Assembly (NCBI GenBank): GCA_963822965.1
Contig: CAWGJT010000015.1
Coordinates: 96,001-160,000, forward strand
Direction: 5' to 3'
DNA: 64,000 nucleotides
Source: an uncultured delta proteobacterium
Lineage (GTDB): Bacteria > Myxococcota_A > UBA9160 > UBA4427
The notes under the pieces were generated by a model. That model saw only the letters and a program-made list of their open reading frames with translations, had not been told where the DNA came from and searched no databases. The position numbers were made by a program, and so were the translations under genes. Numbering within the stretch: position 1 is the first letter of the stretch; each line of letters begins with the position of its first letter. This document shows positions 18,805 to 29,873 of the stretch, piece after piece.

Positions 18805-21279
18805 TGCCCGCACGCGTGACGGGACGGCTGCCGCGGCGAGGGCCGGCCCGCCGGCTCGCTCGCCTGACGCTCGCGGCGCTCATCGCCCTGCCCTCCCTGG
18901 CGGCAGCCACCTCGGAGCCCGACCCGGCGGTCGCGCGCAACCACCTGGCAGGCGAGGCCAGCCCCTACCTGCAGCTCCACGCCCGCAACCCGGTGGACTG
19001 GTATCCGTGGGGACCCGAGGCGTTCGCGCGCGCGCGCCGGGAGAACAAGCCCATCTTTCTCTCGGTGGGATACAGCACCTGCTACTGGTGCCACGTGATG
19101 GAGCGCCGGGTGTTCTCGGATGCGGCCATCGCGCGGCAGATGAACGCATCCTTCGTGAACGTGAAGGTCGACCGCGAAGAGCGCCCCGACGTGGACGAGC
19201 TCTACCTGCGCGCCACCGGGCTGCTGACGGGTGCCGGCGGCTGGCCCAACTCGGTCTTCCTGACGCCCGAGGGCCAGCCCTTCTTCGCCGGCAGCTACTT
19301 CCCGCCCGTGCCCGACCACGGTCGTCCGGCCTTCCCGGACGTGCTGCGCGAGATCGCCATGCGTTGGAAGGAGCAGGAGGACTCGCTGCGGGCGCGGGCG
19401 GCGCAGGTGGCCGCCGCCCTGGCCGGGTCCTACGAGCCGGAGTCCGCCGCCCCCGCATCGCTGGACACCGGGGCGCTGCTCGCCCGGGCCGTGGAGACCC
19501 TCGCCGTGCGCTTCGACGCCGACCACGGCGGCTTCGGCGGGCGGGCCCACTTCCCGGAGGCCCCGACCCTCGAGCTGCTGCTGGCGGCCCACTCCTCCGG
19601 CCGCGCCGACGCGACGCGCATGCTGCGCAAGACCCTCGACGAGATGGCCTGGGGCGGCATCCGCGACCACCTGGCGGGCGGCTTCCATCGCTATTCGACG
19701 GAGCCCACCTGGTCGCAGCCGCACTTCGAGAAGATGCTCTACGACAACGCCCAGCTGCTGGGCCTGTACGCCCGGGCCTCCCAGACGTTCCAGGACCCGC
19801 TCTACCGGGCGGTGGCCGAGGACGTGAGCGACTGGCTCGCCCGCGAGATGAGCGACCCGCAAGGCGGCCTCTACGCGGCGCTCGACGCGGAGGTGGACGG
19901 CCGCGAGGGCGGCCCGTACCTGTGGACCGAGACGCAGGTGGCCGCCGTGCTGGGACGGGAGGCGGCCGCCGAGTGGCTCGGCGTGTACGAGCTGGTGCCC
20001 GTGGACGAGCTCGCGGCGGGCGGCGCGGTGCGGCTGCGACGTCCGGTGGCGGCGAGCCTGGCGCGCACGGGCCTGCCGGACGTCGCCCGGCTCGAGGCGC
20101 GCTTCGCGGACGCCCGCTCGCGGCTGCGGGCCGCCCGCGACGCGCGTCCCCAGCCGCGTCGCGACGACAAGGTGCTGGCCGCCTGGAACGGCCTGGCGAT
20201 CCGCGGGCTCGTGACCGCCGGCGTGGCGCTGGGTCGGCCGGGCGACATCGAGCGGGCCCGCCGTGCGGCGCGCTTCGTCCTCGTCCGGCTGGTGGACGAA
20301 GACGGCCGCCTGCACCGCTCCTTCGTGGCGGGGAGCCGGCGCGAGGACGCCGTGCTCGACGACTACGCCTTCGTCACCGACGGCCTGCTCGCGCTGTACC
20401 GGGCGACCGGGGAGGCGACGTGGCTGACCAGCGCCCGCGCCCTCGCCGACCGCATGCTGGCCGACTACGAGGGGCCCGACCGCGCGGGGTTCCTGCTGTG
20501 CGCGCGTTCCGCACCCGCGGCGGAGGAGCTCTTCGTGCGGCCGCGCGTGCTGGAGGACGGCGTGATGCCGGCGGGAAACGCGGTGGCCCTGGGCGTCCTG
20601 CAGGAGCTCGCCGCGCTCACGGGCGACGCGCGCTATCGCGAGGCCGCCGCGCGCACCCGCACCGCCTTCGTCCCCCTGCTGCAGACCGAGCCGGCCGCCG
20701 TGGGCACGGCGCTCCGCGTGCTCGCCGCGGCGCCCGGCGCGGGCGGCTCGAAGAAGCCCGGGGCGCGAGACCCGGCCCGAGAAGCGCCACGCGGCCGCTC
20801 CCGGCCTCGAGCGCCTACCCACGGGTCGCGACTTCGTGCACGCCGACGTGGAGCGCCGCGGCGACGAAGGCGCGCTCGTGGTGCGCCTGCGCATCGCGCC
20901 GGGATGGCACGTGAACGCGAACCCGGCGAGCCTCGAGTTCCTGATCCCGACGCAGGTCGGGTCCGCGGACCCCGAAGCCGAGATCGAGGTGGTCTATCCC
21001 CCAGGCTCGCGCTACCACCCGCGCTTCAGCCTCGAGCCGCTCGCGGTCTACGAAGGAGAGGTGGAGATCCACGTGCGGCCGCGAAACGGTCCGACCGCGG
21101 GCTCCGGCCTCGGCCTCACCTTCCAGGCGTGCGACGCGAGCACGTGCCTGCCCCCGGAGACGCTGCACCTCGAGGTCCCCGGAGAGCTTCACCCGGACGT
21201 GCCCGAGGCGAGGCGCACCCCGGGCACCACGCCCGAAGCGCAGAGACCCGGTACACAGAAGAGAGGAGGTGCTTCGTGA
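18804..21279 (+). CDS. Exported thioredoxin-domain DUF255/YyaL protein fused to a DsbD N-terminal-like domain (frameshift near 20760)
   Basis: [39 protein letters not shown]...WNGL. The +1 frame continues into WHVNANP...YP.G...YEG...[12 protein letters not shown] and stops at 21279, overlapping the next start. Confidence 0.8.
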
Positions 21280-22016
21280 GATCCCTACGAGTGGGCGTCA
21301 TCGGCGCCGGCGTGATGGGCAGCGGCATCGCCCAGAGCATCGCCACCGCCGGCATGACCACGCGCTGCTACGACCCGGACCGCGAAGCCCTGTCTCGCGC
21401 CCGCGAGGCGGTGCGCTCGGGTCGCTACGGCGTGGAGCGCGGCGTCGCACGGGGGAAGATCAGCCAGGAGGAGGCCGCGGAGAGCCTCGCGCGGCTGGAG
21501 TTCGTGGACGACTTCGAGGTGGCGGCCGACGCGGACCTGGTGATCGAGTGCGTCCCGGAGAAGCTCGACCTCAAGATCGCCACGTTCCGGAAGCTGGACG
21601 AGGCGTCGCCGGCCGACGCCATCCTGGCGTCGAACACGTCGGGGTTTCCGATCTCGGCCCTCGCGGCCGCCACGGATCGCCCCGGCCGCGTGGTGGGCTG
21701 GCACTGGGCCTCGCCGCCGGTGGTGATGCGCTTCGCGGAGATCGTGCGCACGCCGGCCAGCGACGAGGCGGTCGTCGAGCGCGTGTGCGAGATCGCGAGG
21801 GCGTGCGGCAAGAACCCGATCGTGGTCCGCGACAACCCGATGGCGTGGGGCTTCGTGGCGAACCGGATCTACGCCGCGATGCTGCGGGAGGCCGGCCAGG
21901 TGGTCGCCGAGGGCGTCGCCTCCCAGGACGACGTGAACCAGCTGATGGTCGACTGCTTCAACTGGCCCGTCGGCCCCTACGGCATGGTGAAGGGCGCGAG
22001 CCAGGGCTGGAAGTAG
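21276..22016 (+). CDS. 3-hydroxyacyl-CoA dehydrogenase family protein
   Basis: [41 protein letters not shown] before the GTG. Confidence 0.93.
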   Translation: MRSLRVGVIGAGVMGSGIAQSIATAGMTTRCYDPDREALSRAREAVRSGRYGVERGVARGKISQEEAAESLARLEFVDDFEVAADADLVIECVPEKLDLKIATFRKLDEASPADAILASNTSGFPISALAAATDRPGRVVGWHWASPPVVMRFAEIVRTPASDEAVVERVCEIARACGKNPIVVRDNPMAWGFVANRIYAAMLREAGQVVAEGVASQDDVNQLMVDCFNWPVGPYGMVKGASQGWK

Positions 22017-22033
22017 CCGCCTCGGTCGCGAGG

Positions 22034-22234
22034 TCAGCGGTCGTCGTCGTTACCCGTCGGGAAGCCGTAGCCCGCCATGTCGTCCACGGTGGCGACACGG
22101 TCGGCGGGCCCCTCGTCGTCCTCGGGAGACGATTCGCGGCGCATCTTCATCTGATCCCGCTTGAGGGCGGCCTTCTCGGCCTTCTTCACTTCTCGTTGTC
22201 GCTTCAGGACGCCAGTCTTGCCTTTCTTCGCCAT
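22034..22234 (-). CDS. Small basic hypothetical protein (66 aa)
   Basis: GAGGA RBS; Lys/Arg-rich N-terminal helix MAKKGKTGVLKRQREVKKAEK and acidic C-terminus; coding-like codon usage. Confidence 0.7.
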   Translation of the reverse strand: MAKKGKTGVLKRQREVKKAEKAALKRDQMKMRRESSPEDDEGPADRVATVDDMAGYGFPTGNDDDR

Positions 22235-22601
22235 GGGATCTTCCTCGTGCGGGTGTTGCGGTTGTCGCTGCGGGCCTCTCCGGATCGCTCCGGCTGGCGC
22301 AGATCACACGTGGGCCGTTTCGTGCACGGGCCGGCTCTCGCCGCCGGCTCGAAGCTCCGGTCTCGAGGGGGGATCGGCGCGTTCGTCGATCGGCGCCGAT
22401 CTCGAGGAGGAGCCGTCCGCTGGGCTCGCGCGCCGCGATCCCCCGGCGATCTGACACCCGTCGCCGGGATTCCGGGGCGCTTCTGCCCGATGCTGCTGGT
22501 GCGGCAGCCTACCACACGCCGGCGCCGTCCGGCTTCGAAACTTGAAACCTTTTCGAAATCGGCTAGATACGGGGTTCGCGAGCGTAGGGGGGCAGGTTCC
22601 G

Positions 22602-23366
22602 ATGACGATTCCCGAGGGGCCCGCGCTCTCCCACGCGGGCGCCCACGACCACGATCACGACCACGATCACGACCGCGGCTACGAGAACGAGCACGCCGGC
22701 GATCCCCAGAGCGGGATCCTGCGGGCCAGCATCTTCGGGGTCTCCGACGGTCTCGTCTCGAACCTGGCCCTGGTGATGGGCGTGGCGGGCGGATCGGCGG
22801 ACCCGGGGATGGTGGTGCTGGCCGGCGTGGCGGGCCTGCTGGCGGGCGCGTTCTCCATGGGCGCCGGCGAGTACATCTCCATGCAGACCCAGCGCGAGAT
22901 GCTCGAGCGCGAGCTCGCCGTCGAGCGGGAGCACATCGAGAACTACCCGCAGGAGGAGGAGGCCCACCTGGCCGAGCTGCTGGCGCAGAACGGCCTCGAG
23001 CGCGACGACGCGCGGCGCGTGGCCGCGCAGGTGCACCGCCGCGTGGGCCGGGCCGTCGACTTCCACGCCGTCTTCGAGCTGGGAATCCATCCCAATTCCC
23101 TGGGCGCGCCGCGGGGAGCGGCCTTCTGGTCGTTCGTCTCCTTCTCGCTCGGCGCGATCGTGCCGCTGCTGCCCTGGCTGGTGACCCCGCACGCTCTCGT
23201 CCCGACGATGGTGCTCTCGGGGGTGGCGCTGCTCGCCGTGGGCGCCCTGGCCACCCGCTTGACCCATCAGACCGCCTGGTACGGAGCCACCCGACAGTTC
23301 GGGGTCGGCGCCCTGTCCGCCGCCGTCACCTACGGCGTGGGTCTCCTCATCGGGTTCTCGGTCTAG
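22602..23366 (+). CDS. VIT1/CCC1 family Fe/Mn transporter with N-terminal His-Asp repeat
   Basis: IFGVSDGLVS, AGAFSMGAGEYIS, S..SF..GA..PLLP; HDHDHDHDHD. Confidence 0.95.
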   Translation: MTIPEGPALSHAGAHDHDHDHDHDRGYENEHAGDPQSGILRASIFGVSDGLVSNLALVMGVAGGSADPGMVVLAGVAGLLAGAFSMGAGEYISMQTQREMLERELAVEREHIENYPQEEEAHLAELLAQNGLERDDARRVAAQVHRRVGRAVDFHAVFELGIHPNSLGAPRGAAFWSFVSFSLGAIVPLLPWLVTPHALVPTMVLSGVALLAVGALATRLTHQTAWYGATRQFGVGALSAAVTYGVGLLIGFSV

Positions 23367-23375
23367 AGCGGGGCT

Positions 23376-24185
23376 CTAGACCGGATTGCGGGCGCGCCGC
23401 CGCAGGGCCAGGACGACCAGCAGGGCCGCGTAGCTCCAGCGCGGCCCGGGCTCGGGGACGAGATGCAGCACCGCCTGGCGGGCGGCGACGGCACGTCGCG
23501 CCATGCCGGCCGAGCTCATGTGGAGGCCGTCGCTCAGGTAGTCGCCGGCGACGAAGCCGGTCGTGAAGTCCACCAGCGATTCCGGGGCGAAGCGCAGGGC
23601 CAGCTCGGCGTTCAGGTCATCCGCCAGGTCGTTGATGGCGAGGTCCTGGGGCGGCAGCCGATAGGGTGTGGTGGCGACGAGCACCAGCGCTCCGCTCTGC
23701 TCCGCCTGCAACGCCAGGGACTCGATCTGGTCGGCGAGTGCGCACCGCTGTGGGATCGTCGGTCAGCAGGTGGCTGGGGTTGTTCAGCGCGAACCAGAGA
23801 TCGTTGGTGCCGTACGCGAGGATGAGGACGTCCACGAGCGGATCGGCCAGCGCGGCGTCGAGCTGCCCCTGGCCCTGGAAGTACGCCTGGCCGGTGTCGT
23901 TCGGGGACGCCGTCGCGCCGGACCAGCCGCAGTTGACCGAGGTCAGCAGTCGTCCGCCAGCCGCTCGCACCAGCCGTCTTCCGTGGGAAAGCCGTCCGGT
24001 CGGTTGATCTGCCAGTCCGACTCGGTGTTCGAGTTTCCGAGACACGCGACCCGGACGGCACCCGTCCCCCACGGTGCGCGGCAGACGCCCGGTGGAGCCT
24101 GCGCCCAGGTCGCGCGGGAGCCTGCGAGACAGACGACGAGCCCGATCCCGAATCGCAGCCTCCACGCCCCGCTCGCGCCACGCAT
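23376..24185 (-). pseudogene. SGNH/GDSL hydrolase with PEP-CTERM tail, split by two compensating frameshifts (about 23948 and 23742)
   Basis: Blocks GNSNT, NCGWSGATA, YGTND and DGLH fall in three segments over two reading frames; C-terminus VPEP...LLVVLALRRRAR. Confidence 0.8.
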
Positions 24186-24319
24186 CCGATCCGCCTCCCA
24201 AGCCCGACGAGCCCGCCGCGGCAGGCCCCACGAGCCGACGACGGCCGCTCCGAGGAGCCCACGCGGCAGCCGCGACCGCTCGACGCGGCCGCAGCGCTAC
24301 CGGGGTGGCGACGAACCCA

Positions 24320-24970
24320 CTAGAAGTTGTATTGGATTCCGAGGGTGAGGTTGCGGGTGTCGGCCTTGCTCCAGTAGCCCGTCCCGGTCAACCACTCGTA
24401 GCCGAAGCTCACCGCCATCTGCTCGGTCACGTAGAAGTCGGTCCCCGCGCCGAGCCGGAAGGCGCCGTTCAGCTGGTAGTCGTCACCGCTGGGGTCGCCG
24501 CCGATCACACCCGCACCGGCCACCAGGTAGGGCTGCAGGCGCTTGGGGAAGATGCCCCAGACGCTGTCCAGACCGGGGCCCATGCGGTCGAACAGGGTCT
24601 CTCCGGTCATTTCGGTGTAGTCGATCTGGCTCGGGTAGATGCGGAGGTTGGCGGTCGTCGTCCAGCGGTCGGACTTGCGCCAGGCCTTCAGGTTCACCCA
24701 GTCGCCCTGCAGCTCGATGGCGACGGGTGCCCCGATGCGGAAGCCCGCACGGGCGGTGACGCCGCCGTCCACGTCCGCCGAGCCCCAGTTCCAGAGCCAC
24801 AGGTCGCCACGGTCGTCGAACGCCGCCAGGCCCGAGACCGCCAGGTAGCCGAACGGGTCTCCGACCCCGAACTCGCTGTCGGCGCTGGCGACGCCGGCTG
24901 CCGCCAGCAGGACGGAGCCAGCGACCAGCAGCAGAACCAGGACGCGCAGACCGTGCACTCGCGTGCGCAT
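24320..24970 (-). CDS. Outer-membrane beta-barrel protein (OmpA/OmpW-like)
   Basis: Signal peptide, QPYLVAGAG, RLGAGTDFY, C-terminal LGIQYNF. Confidence 0.85.
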   Translation of the reverse strand: MRTRVHGLRVLVLLLVAGSVLLAAAGVASADSEFGVGDPFGYLAVSGLAAFDDRGDLWLWNWGSADVDGGVTARAGFRIGAPVAIELQGDWVNLKAWRKSDRWTTTANLRIYPSQIDYTEMTGETLFDRMGPGLDSVWGIFPKRLQPYLVAGAGVIGGDPSGDDYQLNGAFRLGAGTDFYVTEQMAVSFGYEWLTGTGYWSKADTRNLTLGIQYNF

Positions 24971-25169
24971 AGCGGATCAATCCTCCGGGCCGGGTCGCGG
25001 TCGTACCTCGCCGGGGTCTCATCCCACGCCCGCCCACTGCCCGGGATGAGGGGATAACAACCCTCTGGAGGCCCTTGCGGCCTGGAGCAGCCTATCACCA
25101 TTCCGGTCGGGAAGTTGAGAAAATTTGTTGCCGGTCGGCGCGGGCTTTCGACCGCGAAACGGACCCTGC

Positions 25170-25625
25170 TCAGGAGCCGCTCGCGCCCTTCCTGGCCTGG
25201 AACCAGCCCTGGATCATCTTCTGGAAGTGCGCCGGGTTGTACACGTCTTCCTCGTAGGACCAGAGTCCCCGCCCCGCGTACTTGAGGAGGGTGAAGTTGT
25301 ACGCCTGGTGCAGGCTCCCGTCTCCCGGGTCCTCCATCCGATTCCACACCTGGCAGACCACCCAGCCGCGCTCCTCGTCGATCAGGTACCACTCGATCGG
25401 GAAGTACTTCATCTGGTTGTTCGGGTTCTGGGCCATGGTCGTGGTGATCCAGCGCCGGATCGCCTCCCGGCCCCCGAACTCCCCGAAGAGGTGCTCGACG
25501 TAGGTGGCGTCCTCGGTGAACAGGTCGGCCCAGGGATTCCAGTCGCCCGAGGTGCCCGCGGCGAGGGCGGTGTCCTGATACTTCTGGAAGGCGTCCTCGA
25601 TCTCGGCGCGGCTGTATCGGCCCAT
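25170..25625 (-). CDS. SnoaL-like / NTF2 family protein
   Basis: WADLFTEDATYVEH...GREAIRRW, YEEDVYN. Confidence 0.85.
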   Translation of the reverse strand: MGRYSRAEIEDAFQKYQDTALAAGTSGDWNPWADLFTEDATYVEHLFGEFGGREAIRRWITTTMAQNPNNQMKYFPIEWYLIDEERGWVVCQVWNRMEDPGDGSLHQAYNFTLLKYAGRGLWSYEEDVYNPAHFQKMIQGWFQARKGASGS

Positions 25626-25690
25626 GAAGTCTCCCGTCGCGTCTCGCGTCCTGGAATCGGCTCGGCGCTCGTCCGGCTCTCGTCCCGCTC

Positions 25691-25921
25691 TCACTCGGGC
25701 TCGTAGAACTCGCCCGAGAGGTCCACGAGCTTCTGCTGCAGGAAGTCGTGAGCGTCGCGGATGGCCTGATTGTAGACCGGCGCGCCCAGCTCGCGAACGA
25801 AGAAGTCGAGGAGCAGCCCGGCCCCGAGCTCGCCGATCTCGCGATCGAGGTTCTCGGCGAAGTACGCCTGAATTTCGCTCACCAGGCTGGCGCGACGCTC
25901 GTCCGAGAGCCGGATGCGCAT
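25691..25921 (-). CDS. DUF2164 family protein
   Basis: IQAYF....D.EIG...A..LLDFF..ELG...YNQAI.DA. Confidence 0.9.
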   Translation of the reverse strand: MRIRLSDERRASLVSEIQAYFAENLDREIGELGAGLLLDFFVRELGAPVYNQAIRDAHDFLQQKLVDLSGEFYEPE

Positions 25922-25984
25922 GCCCCCACGATACCCCCGCCCGGCAACCCCCGCCGCGACCGCCTACCCTACCCTTCCGACCCG

Positions 25985-26833
25985 ATGGACTACCAGGACA
26001 TCGCCTTCTCCCTCGACGCGGGCGTCGCGCTCGTCGAGCTGAATCGTCCCGAGCAGCTGAACACGTTCTCCGGTCGCATGGGCGTCGAGCTCGCCCACGC
26101 CTACCGCCGCTGCGACGAGGACGACGACGTGCGCGCCGTGATCGTGACCGGCCGCGGCACGGCGTTCTGTGCGGGCGCGGACATGAGCGCCGGCGAGGAG
26201 ACCTTCGCGAAGCAGGACGCCTCGGGCTTCAGCGCCGCGGCGGTAGCGGTTCCCGCCTGGGCCGTGCGCAAGCCCGTGATCGCAGCCATGAACGGCCACG
26301 CCATCGGCCTCGGCCTCACCCTGGCCCTCCAGTGTGATCTGCGCGTCGTCGCCGAGGAGGGGAAGTACGGCATCGTGCAGGTGCGGCGGGGCGTGATGCC
26401 CGACGCCTACTCGCACTGGACCCTGCCGCGGCTCGTGGGCATGGAGCGGGCGGCGGACCTGCTCCTCACCGGCCGCAAGCTCGGCGGCGCCGAGGCCGCG
26501 GCCATGGGACTCGCGAGCCGCTGCCTGCCCGCAGCCCGGGTGCTGGACGCCGCCCGCGAGATGGCTCGGGACATCGCCACGAATACCGCGCCCCTGTCCG
26601 TGGCGGTCACCAAGCGCCTCCTGTGGGAGAGCCCGAACCTGTCGCCCGCCGAGGTGGGCCATCGCGAGACGGAGCTGCATCATCATCTGATGGGACGGCA
26701 GGACGCCATCGAAGGAGTGATGGCCTGGCTCGAGCGACGCCCGCCCCGGTGGACGTCGAGCGTCGCAAGGGACTGGCCCGCCTGGCCCGAGGGCGCGGGC
26801 GACGAACACGGTCGAGACGGGGAGCCGGAATGA
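25985..26833 (+). CDS. Enoyl-CoA hydratase/isomerase family protein
   Basis: [27 protein letters not shown]. Confidence 0.95.
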   Translation: MDYQDIAFSLDAGVALVELNRPEQLNTFSGRMGVELAHAYRRCDEDDDVRAVIVTGRGTAFCAGADMSAGEETFAKQDASGFSAAAVAVPAWAVRKPVIAAMNGHAIGLGLTLALQCDLRVVAEEGKYGIVQVRRGVMPDAYSHWTLPRLVGMERAADLLLTGRKLGGAEAAAMGLASRCLPAARVLDAAREMARDIATNTAPLSVAVTKRLLWESPNLSPAEVGHRETELHHHLMGRQDAIEGVMAWLERRPPRWTSSVARDWPAWPEGAGDEHGRDGEPE

Positions 26834-28854
26834 GCGCGGGACGGCGACGAGTGCGCGCGGGGATCGCGGTGGTGGCGCTCGCCTGGGGCCTGGCACCGGC
26901 GGCAGCCGCCGGCGCGGAGGGGGCGGCTTCGGCCGCCGGCGCCGAGGCGCCTCCCGGCGGAGCCACGAAGGGCCAATGCGACGAGTACGATCCCCTGCGC
27001 AACGCCTGGTTCGGCGATCTCCACGTCCACACGATCTTCTCCCTGGACGCCAGCACCCAGGACACGCGCACGCGGCCGGCCGACGCGTACCGCTTCGCCA
27101 AGGGCGAGCGCATCGGCATCCAGCCGTTCCGCGCGGACGGCACCGCCATGCGCCACGTGCAGCTCTCGCGTCCCCTCGACTTCGTGGCGGTGACTGATCA
27201 CGCGGAGCTGCTGGGCGAGTGGAACACCTGCAACAGCCCGGAGCTGCCCGGCTACGACTCCTGGGTCTGCATCCTCTACCGGAACTGGCCGCGCGGCGCC
27301 TTCCTCTACATGAACTACCAGGCCTCGAAGGCCCGGCGTCACGACTTCTGCGGCGAGGGCGGACGTATCTGTCTGAAGGCGGCCCGCGAGCCGTGGCGCG
27401 AGATCCAGCAGGCGGCCGAGGAGCACCAGGACCACACCCGTGCCTGCCGCTTCACCACGTTTCCGGCCTACGAGTGGACGGGAGGCATCGGCTCCACGGG
27501 CAACAACTTCCACCGCAACGTGATCTTCCGCAACGAGCACGTCCCGGAGCTGCCCATCTCGTTCATCGACGCCCCCGTGCTCGAGGACTTCCGGAAGCGG
27601 CTCGGAAGCGAGTGCCGCAACGCGGGCACCGGCTGCGACGTGGTCGTCATTCCGCACAACTCGAACCTGTCCAGCGGTCTCATGTTCCAGACGACCCGCA
27701 GCGACGGCTCGCCGCTCACGAAGGCCGACGCCGAGGACCGAGCCAGCTACGAGACCCTGGTCGAGATCATGCAGCACAAGGGCGACTCGGAATGCCATCC
27801 CGCCTACAGCAGTGAGGACGAGCTGTGCGGGTTCGAGAAGCTTGCGACGAAGAACTTCGGCGTCCGATTCCTCCCCGCCCTGGGCGGGGACGACGCCGGC
27901 CCGGTGGCGCGCCAGTTCGTGCGGCGGGTGCTGCTCGAGGGCATGGAGCTCGATCGCCGCCTGGGCGCCAATCCCTTCCACTACGGCATCATCGCCAGCA
28001 CCGACACGCATCTGGGCACCCCGGGCCTCGTGGACGAGAGCGCCGACTACCCGGGGCACGGCGGAGCCGGGACGCCCGTGGGCGACGAGCTGCCCAAGGG
28101 TCTGCCGGACGCCTACGACTTCAATCCCGGCGGCCTGGCGGTGCTGTGGGCCGAGGAGAACTCCCGCGACTCGCTCTTCGACGCGATGCTGCGCCGCGAG
28201 GCGTACGGCACCAGCGGCCCCCGCATCGTGGTGCGCTTCTTCGGCGGCTGGGACCTGCCTGCGGACCTCTGCGAGTCCGGCGAGCTGCGTGCCCACGGGC
28301 TATACCCGGGGCGTGCCCATGGGCGGCACGCTCGCATCGGCCGGCGCCGAGGCGGGACGCGGTCCGGCCTTCGTCGTCTCCGCGCTGCGCGACCCGGGCA
28401 CGCCGGAAGCACCGGGCACGCCCCTGCAGCGGGTGCAGATCGTGAAGGGATGGCTCGACGGCGAGGACCTGCGCGAGCGGGTGATCGAGGTGGCCGGCGA
28501 CCCGGACAACGGCGCCGGCGTCGATCCCTCACCTGCGAGACCCACGGATCCGGCTTCGACGATCTGTGTGGCGTGTGGCGCGATCCGGACTTCGAAGCCT
28601 CGCAGCACGCCTTCTACTACGCCCGGGTGGTCGAGAACCCGACCTGTCGCTGGAGCCAGAAGCTGTGCCGCGCCCGCGGCGTCCGCTGCGACCAGCCGGA
28701 CACCATCGGCGAGGGCCTCGAGGGCTGCTGCGCCGAGGACCATCGGCCGGTCATCCAGGAACGCGCCTGGACGTCGCCCATCTGGTACCGGCCGGCGGAG
28801 GCCCCGCCGGCGGCAGAGCCCGCGGGATCCCGAGCGGTCCCCACCAGCCGTTGA
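26830..28854 (+). CDS. DUF3604 (PHP-like metallohydrolase) exported protein with two compensating frameshifts (about 28288 and 28528)
   Basis: [48 protein letters not shown]. The GVPMGG and [10 protein letters not shown] motifs lie in the adjacent frame. Confidence 0.88.
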   Translation: MSAGRRRVRAGIAVVALAWGLAPAAAAGAEGAASAAGAEAPPGGATKGQCDEYDPLRNAWFGDLHVHTIFSLDASTQDTRTRPADAYRFAKGERIGIQPFRADGTAMRHVQLSRPLDFVAVTDHAELLGEWNTCNSPELPGYDSWVCILYRNWPRGAFLYMNYQASKARRHDFCGEGGRICLKAAREPWREIQQAAEEHQDHTRACRFTTFPAYEWTGGIGSTGNNFHRNVIFRNEHVPELPISFIDAPVLEDFRKRLGSECRNAGTGCDVVVIPHNSNLSSGLMFQTTRSDGSPLTKADAEDRASYETLVEIMQHKGDSECHPAYSSEDELCGFEKLATKNFGVRFLPALGGDDAGPVARQFVRRVLLEGMELDRRLGANPFHYGIIASTDTHLGTPGLVDESADYPGHGGAGTPVGDELPKGLPDAYDFNPGGLAVLWAEENSRDSLFDAMLRREAYGTSGPRIVVRFFGGWDLPADLCESGELRAHGLYPGRAHGRHARIGRRRGGTRSGLRRLRAARPGHAGSTGHAPAAGADREGMARRRGPARAGDRGGRRPGQRRRRRSLTCETHGSGFDDLCGVWRDPDFEASQHAFYYARVVENPTCRWSQKLCRARGVRCDQPDTIGEGLEGCCAEDHRPVIQERAWTSPIWYRPAEAPPAAEPAGSRAVPTSR

Positions 28855-29849
28855 GCCCGGTGCGGCGCGGCCGCCGGCTGCTTCGCAGCCCGCTGCTCCA
28901 CTTCCTGCTGGTGGGGGCGCTGCTGGCGGCGCTGCGCGCCGCCCTCTGGCCGGTGCCGCCCGCAGCTCCGCCGCCCGTGGTGGTGGACCGGGCCACCGTC
29001 GACCGCCTGGCCCAGGACTGGGCCCAGAGCACCGGACGGCCGCCCACCGCGGCAGAGCTCGACGAGCTGGTCCAGGACGAGGTCGACCAGGAGCTGCTGG
29101 TGCGGGAGGCCCTGGCCCTGGGGCTGCAGCGAACCGACGCCGTGGTGCAGCGCCGCCTGATCCAGAACCAGCGCTTCCTGGAGCAGGAGACGGGCGCGTC
29201 GCCCGCGGCCGGCGGCGACGGCCCTGCGTCCGACGCCACTCTCCTCGAGCGCGCCCTGGCCCTGGGCCTCGAGCGCACGGACGTGGTGGTGCGGCGGCGG
29301 CTGGTGGAGCGCATGCGCGAGATCCTCCTCGCGAACGCCCCGGCGGAGCCCGCTCCGCCGGCGGCGACCCGCTCCTCCGAGACGTGGCTGCGGCTGAGCC
29401 AGATCCACGTGGCGCGCGCGGGCGACGACGAAGCCGGCGCCCGCGCGCGTGCCCAGGCGCTGGCTTCCCGGCTGCGGGCCGAGGGGCGCTCGCCCGACGA
29501 CCCGTCCGTGGCGAGCCTGGGCGACCCCTTCCTGATCCCCTTCACGCTCCCGCCCACCTCGAGCGAGCGGCTCGCCGCCCGCTTCGGACCGACCTTCGCG
29601 CGCGCTGCCGAAGCGCTGCCGGTGGGGGTGTGGTCGGACCCGATCCCTTCCGCCTACGGCCTGCACATCGTCTTCGTGCACGAGCGCTTCCAGCGACCTG
29701 CAGGTCGCCCGCCGGCCTCCGGGCGAACCCAGGAGGGCGACGCCGCATCGATACAGGAAGCACTGCAGATCCTGCGCCGAGGCGTCGATGTCATTCGGTA
29801 TGATCGAGAGGCCCCCCCTCGCGAGCCAGAGCCCGGCACCGCCGGGTGA
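28851..29849 (+). CDS. Parvulin/PpiC-like peptidylprolyl isomerase (typical DUF3604 partner)
   Basis: [19 protein letters not shown]...D.VV.RRL, GDPF, FG..FA, W..PI.S.YGLH.V. Confidence 0.85.
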   Translation: MSPVRRGRRLLRSPLLHFLLVGALLAALRAALWPVPPAAPPPVVVDRATVDRLAQDWAQSTGRPPTAAELDELVQDEVDQELLVREALALGLQRTDAVVQRRLIQNQRFLEQETGASPAAGGDGPASDATLLERALALGLERTDVVVRRRLVERMREILLANAPAEPAPPAATRSSETWLRLSQIHVARAGDDEAGARARAQALASRLRAEGRSPDDPSVASLGDPFLIPFTLPPTSSERLAARFGPTFARAAEALPVGVWSDPIPSAYGLHIVFVHERFQRPAGRPPASGRTQEGDAASIQEALQILRRGVDVIRYDREAPPREPEPGTAG

Positions 29850-29873
29850 AGGCGCCCAGGATCCTCCCCCACC

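Noticed and set aside
18213..22016. 1267-aa DUF255 / hydroxyacyl-CoA dehydrogenase fusion
   Set aside because: Produced by the frameshift near 20760. The dehydrogenase has its own [10 protein letters not shown] and GTG at 21276.
23943..23948. TGC-TGA (Cys-Sec) read-through in the SGNH gene as a third selenoprotein
   Set aside because: The read-through frame has no motifs and hits another stop, while the SGNH blocks continue in a shifted frame. No GUCUG hairpin at +23.
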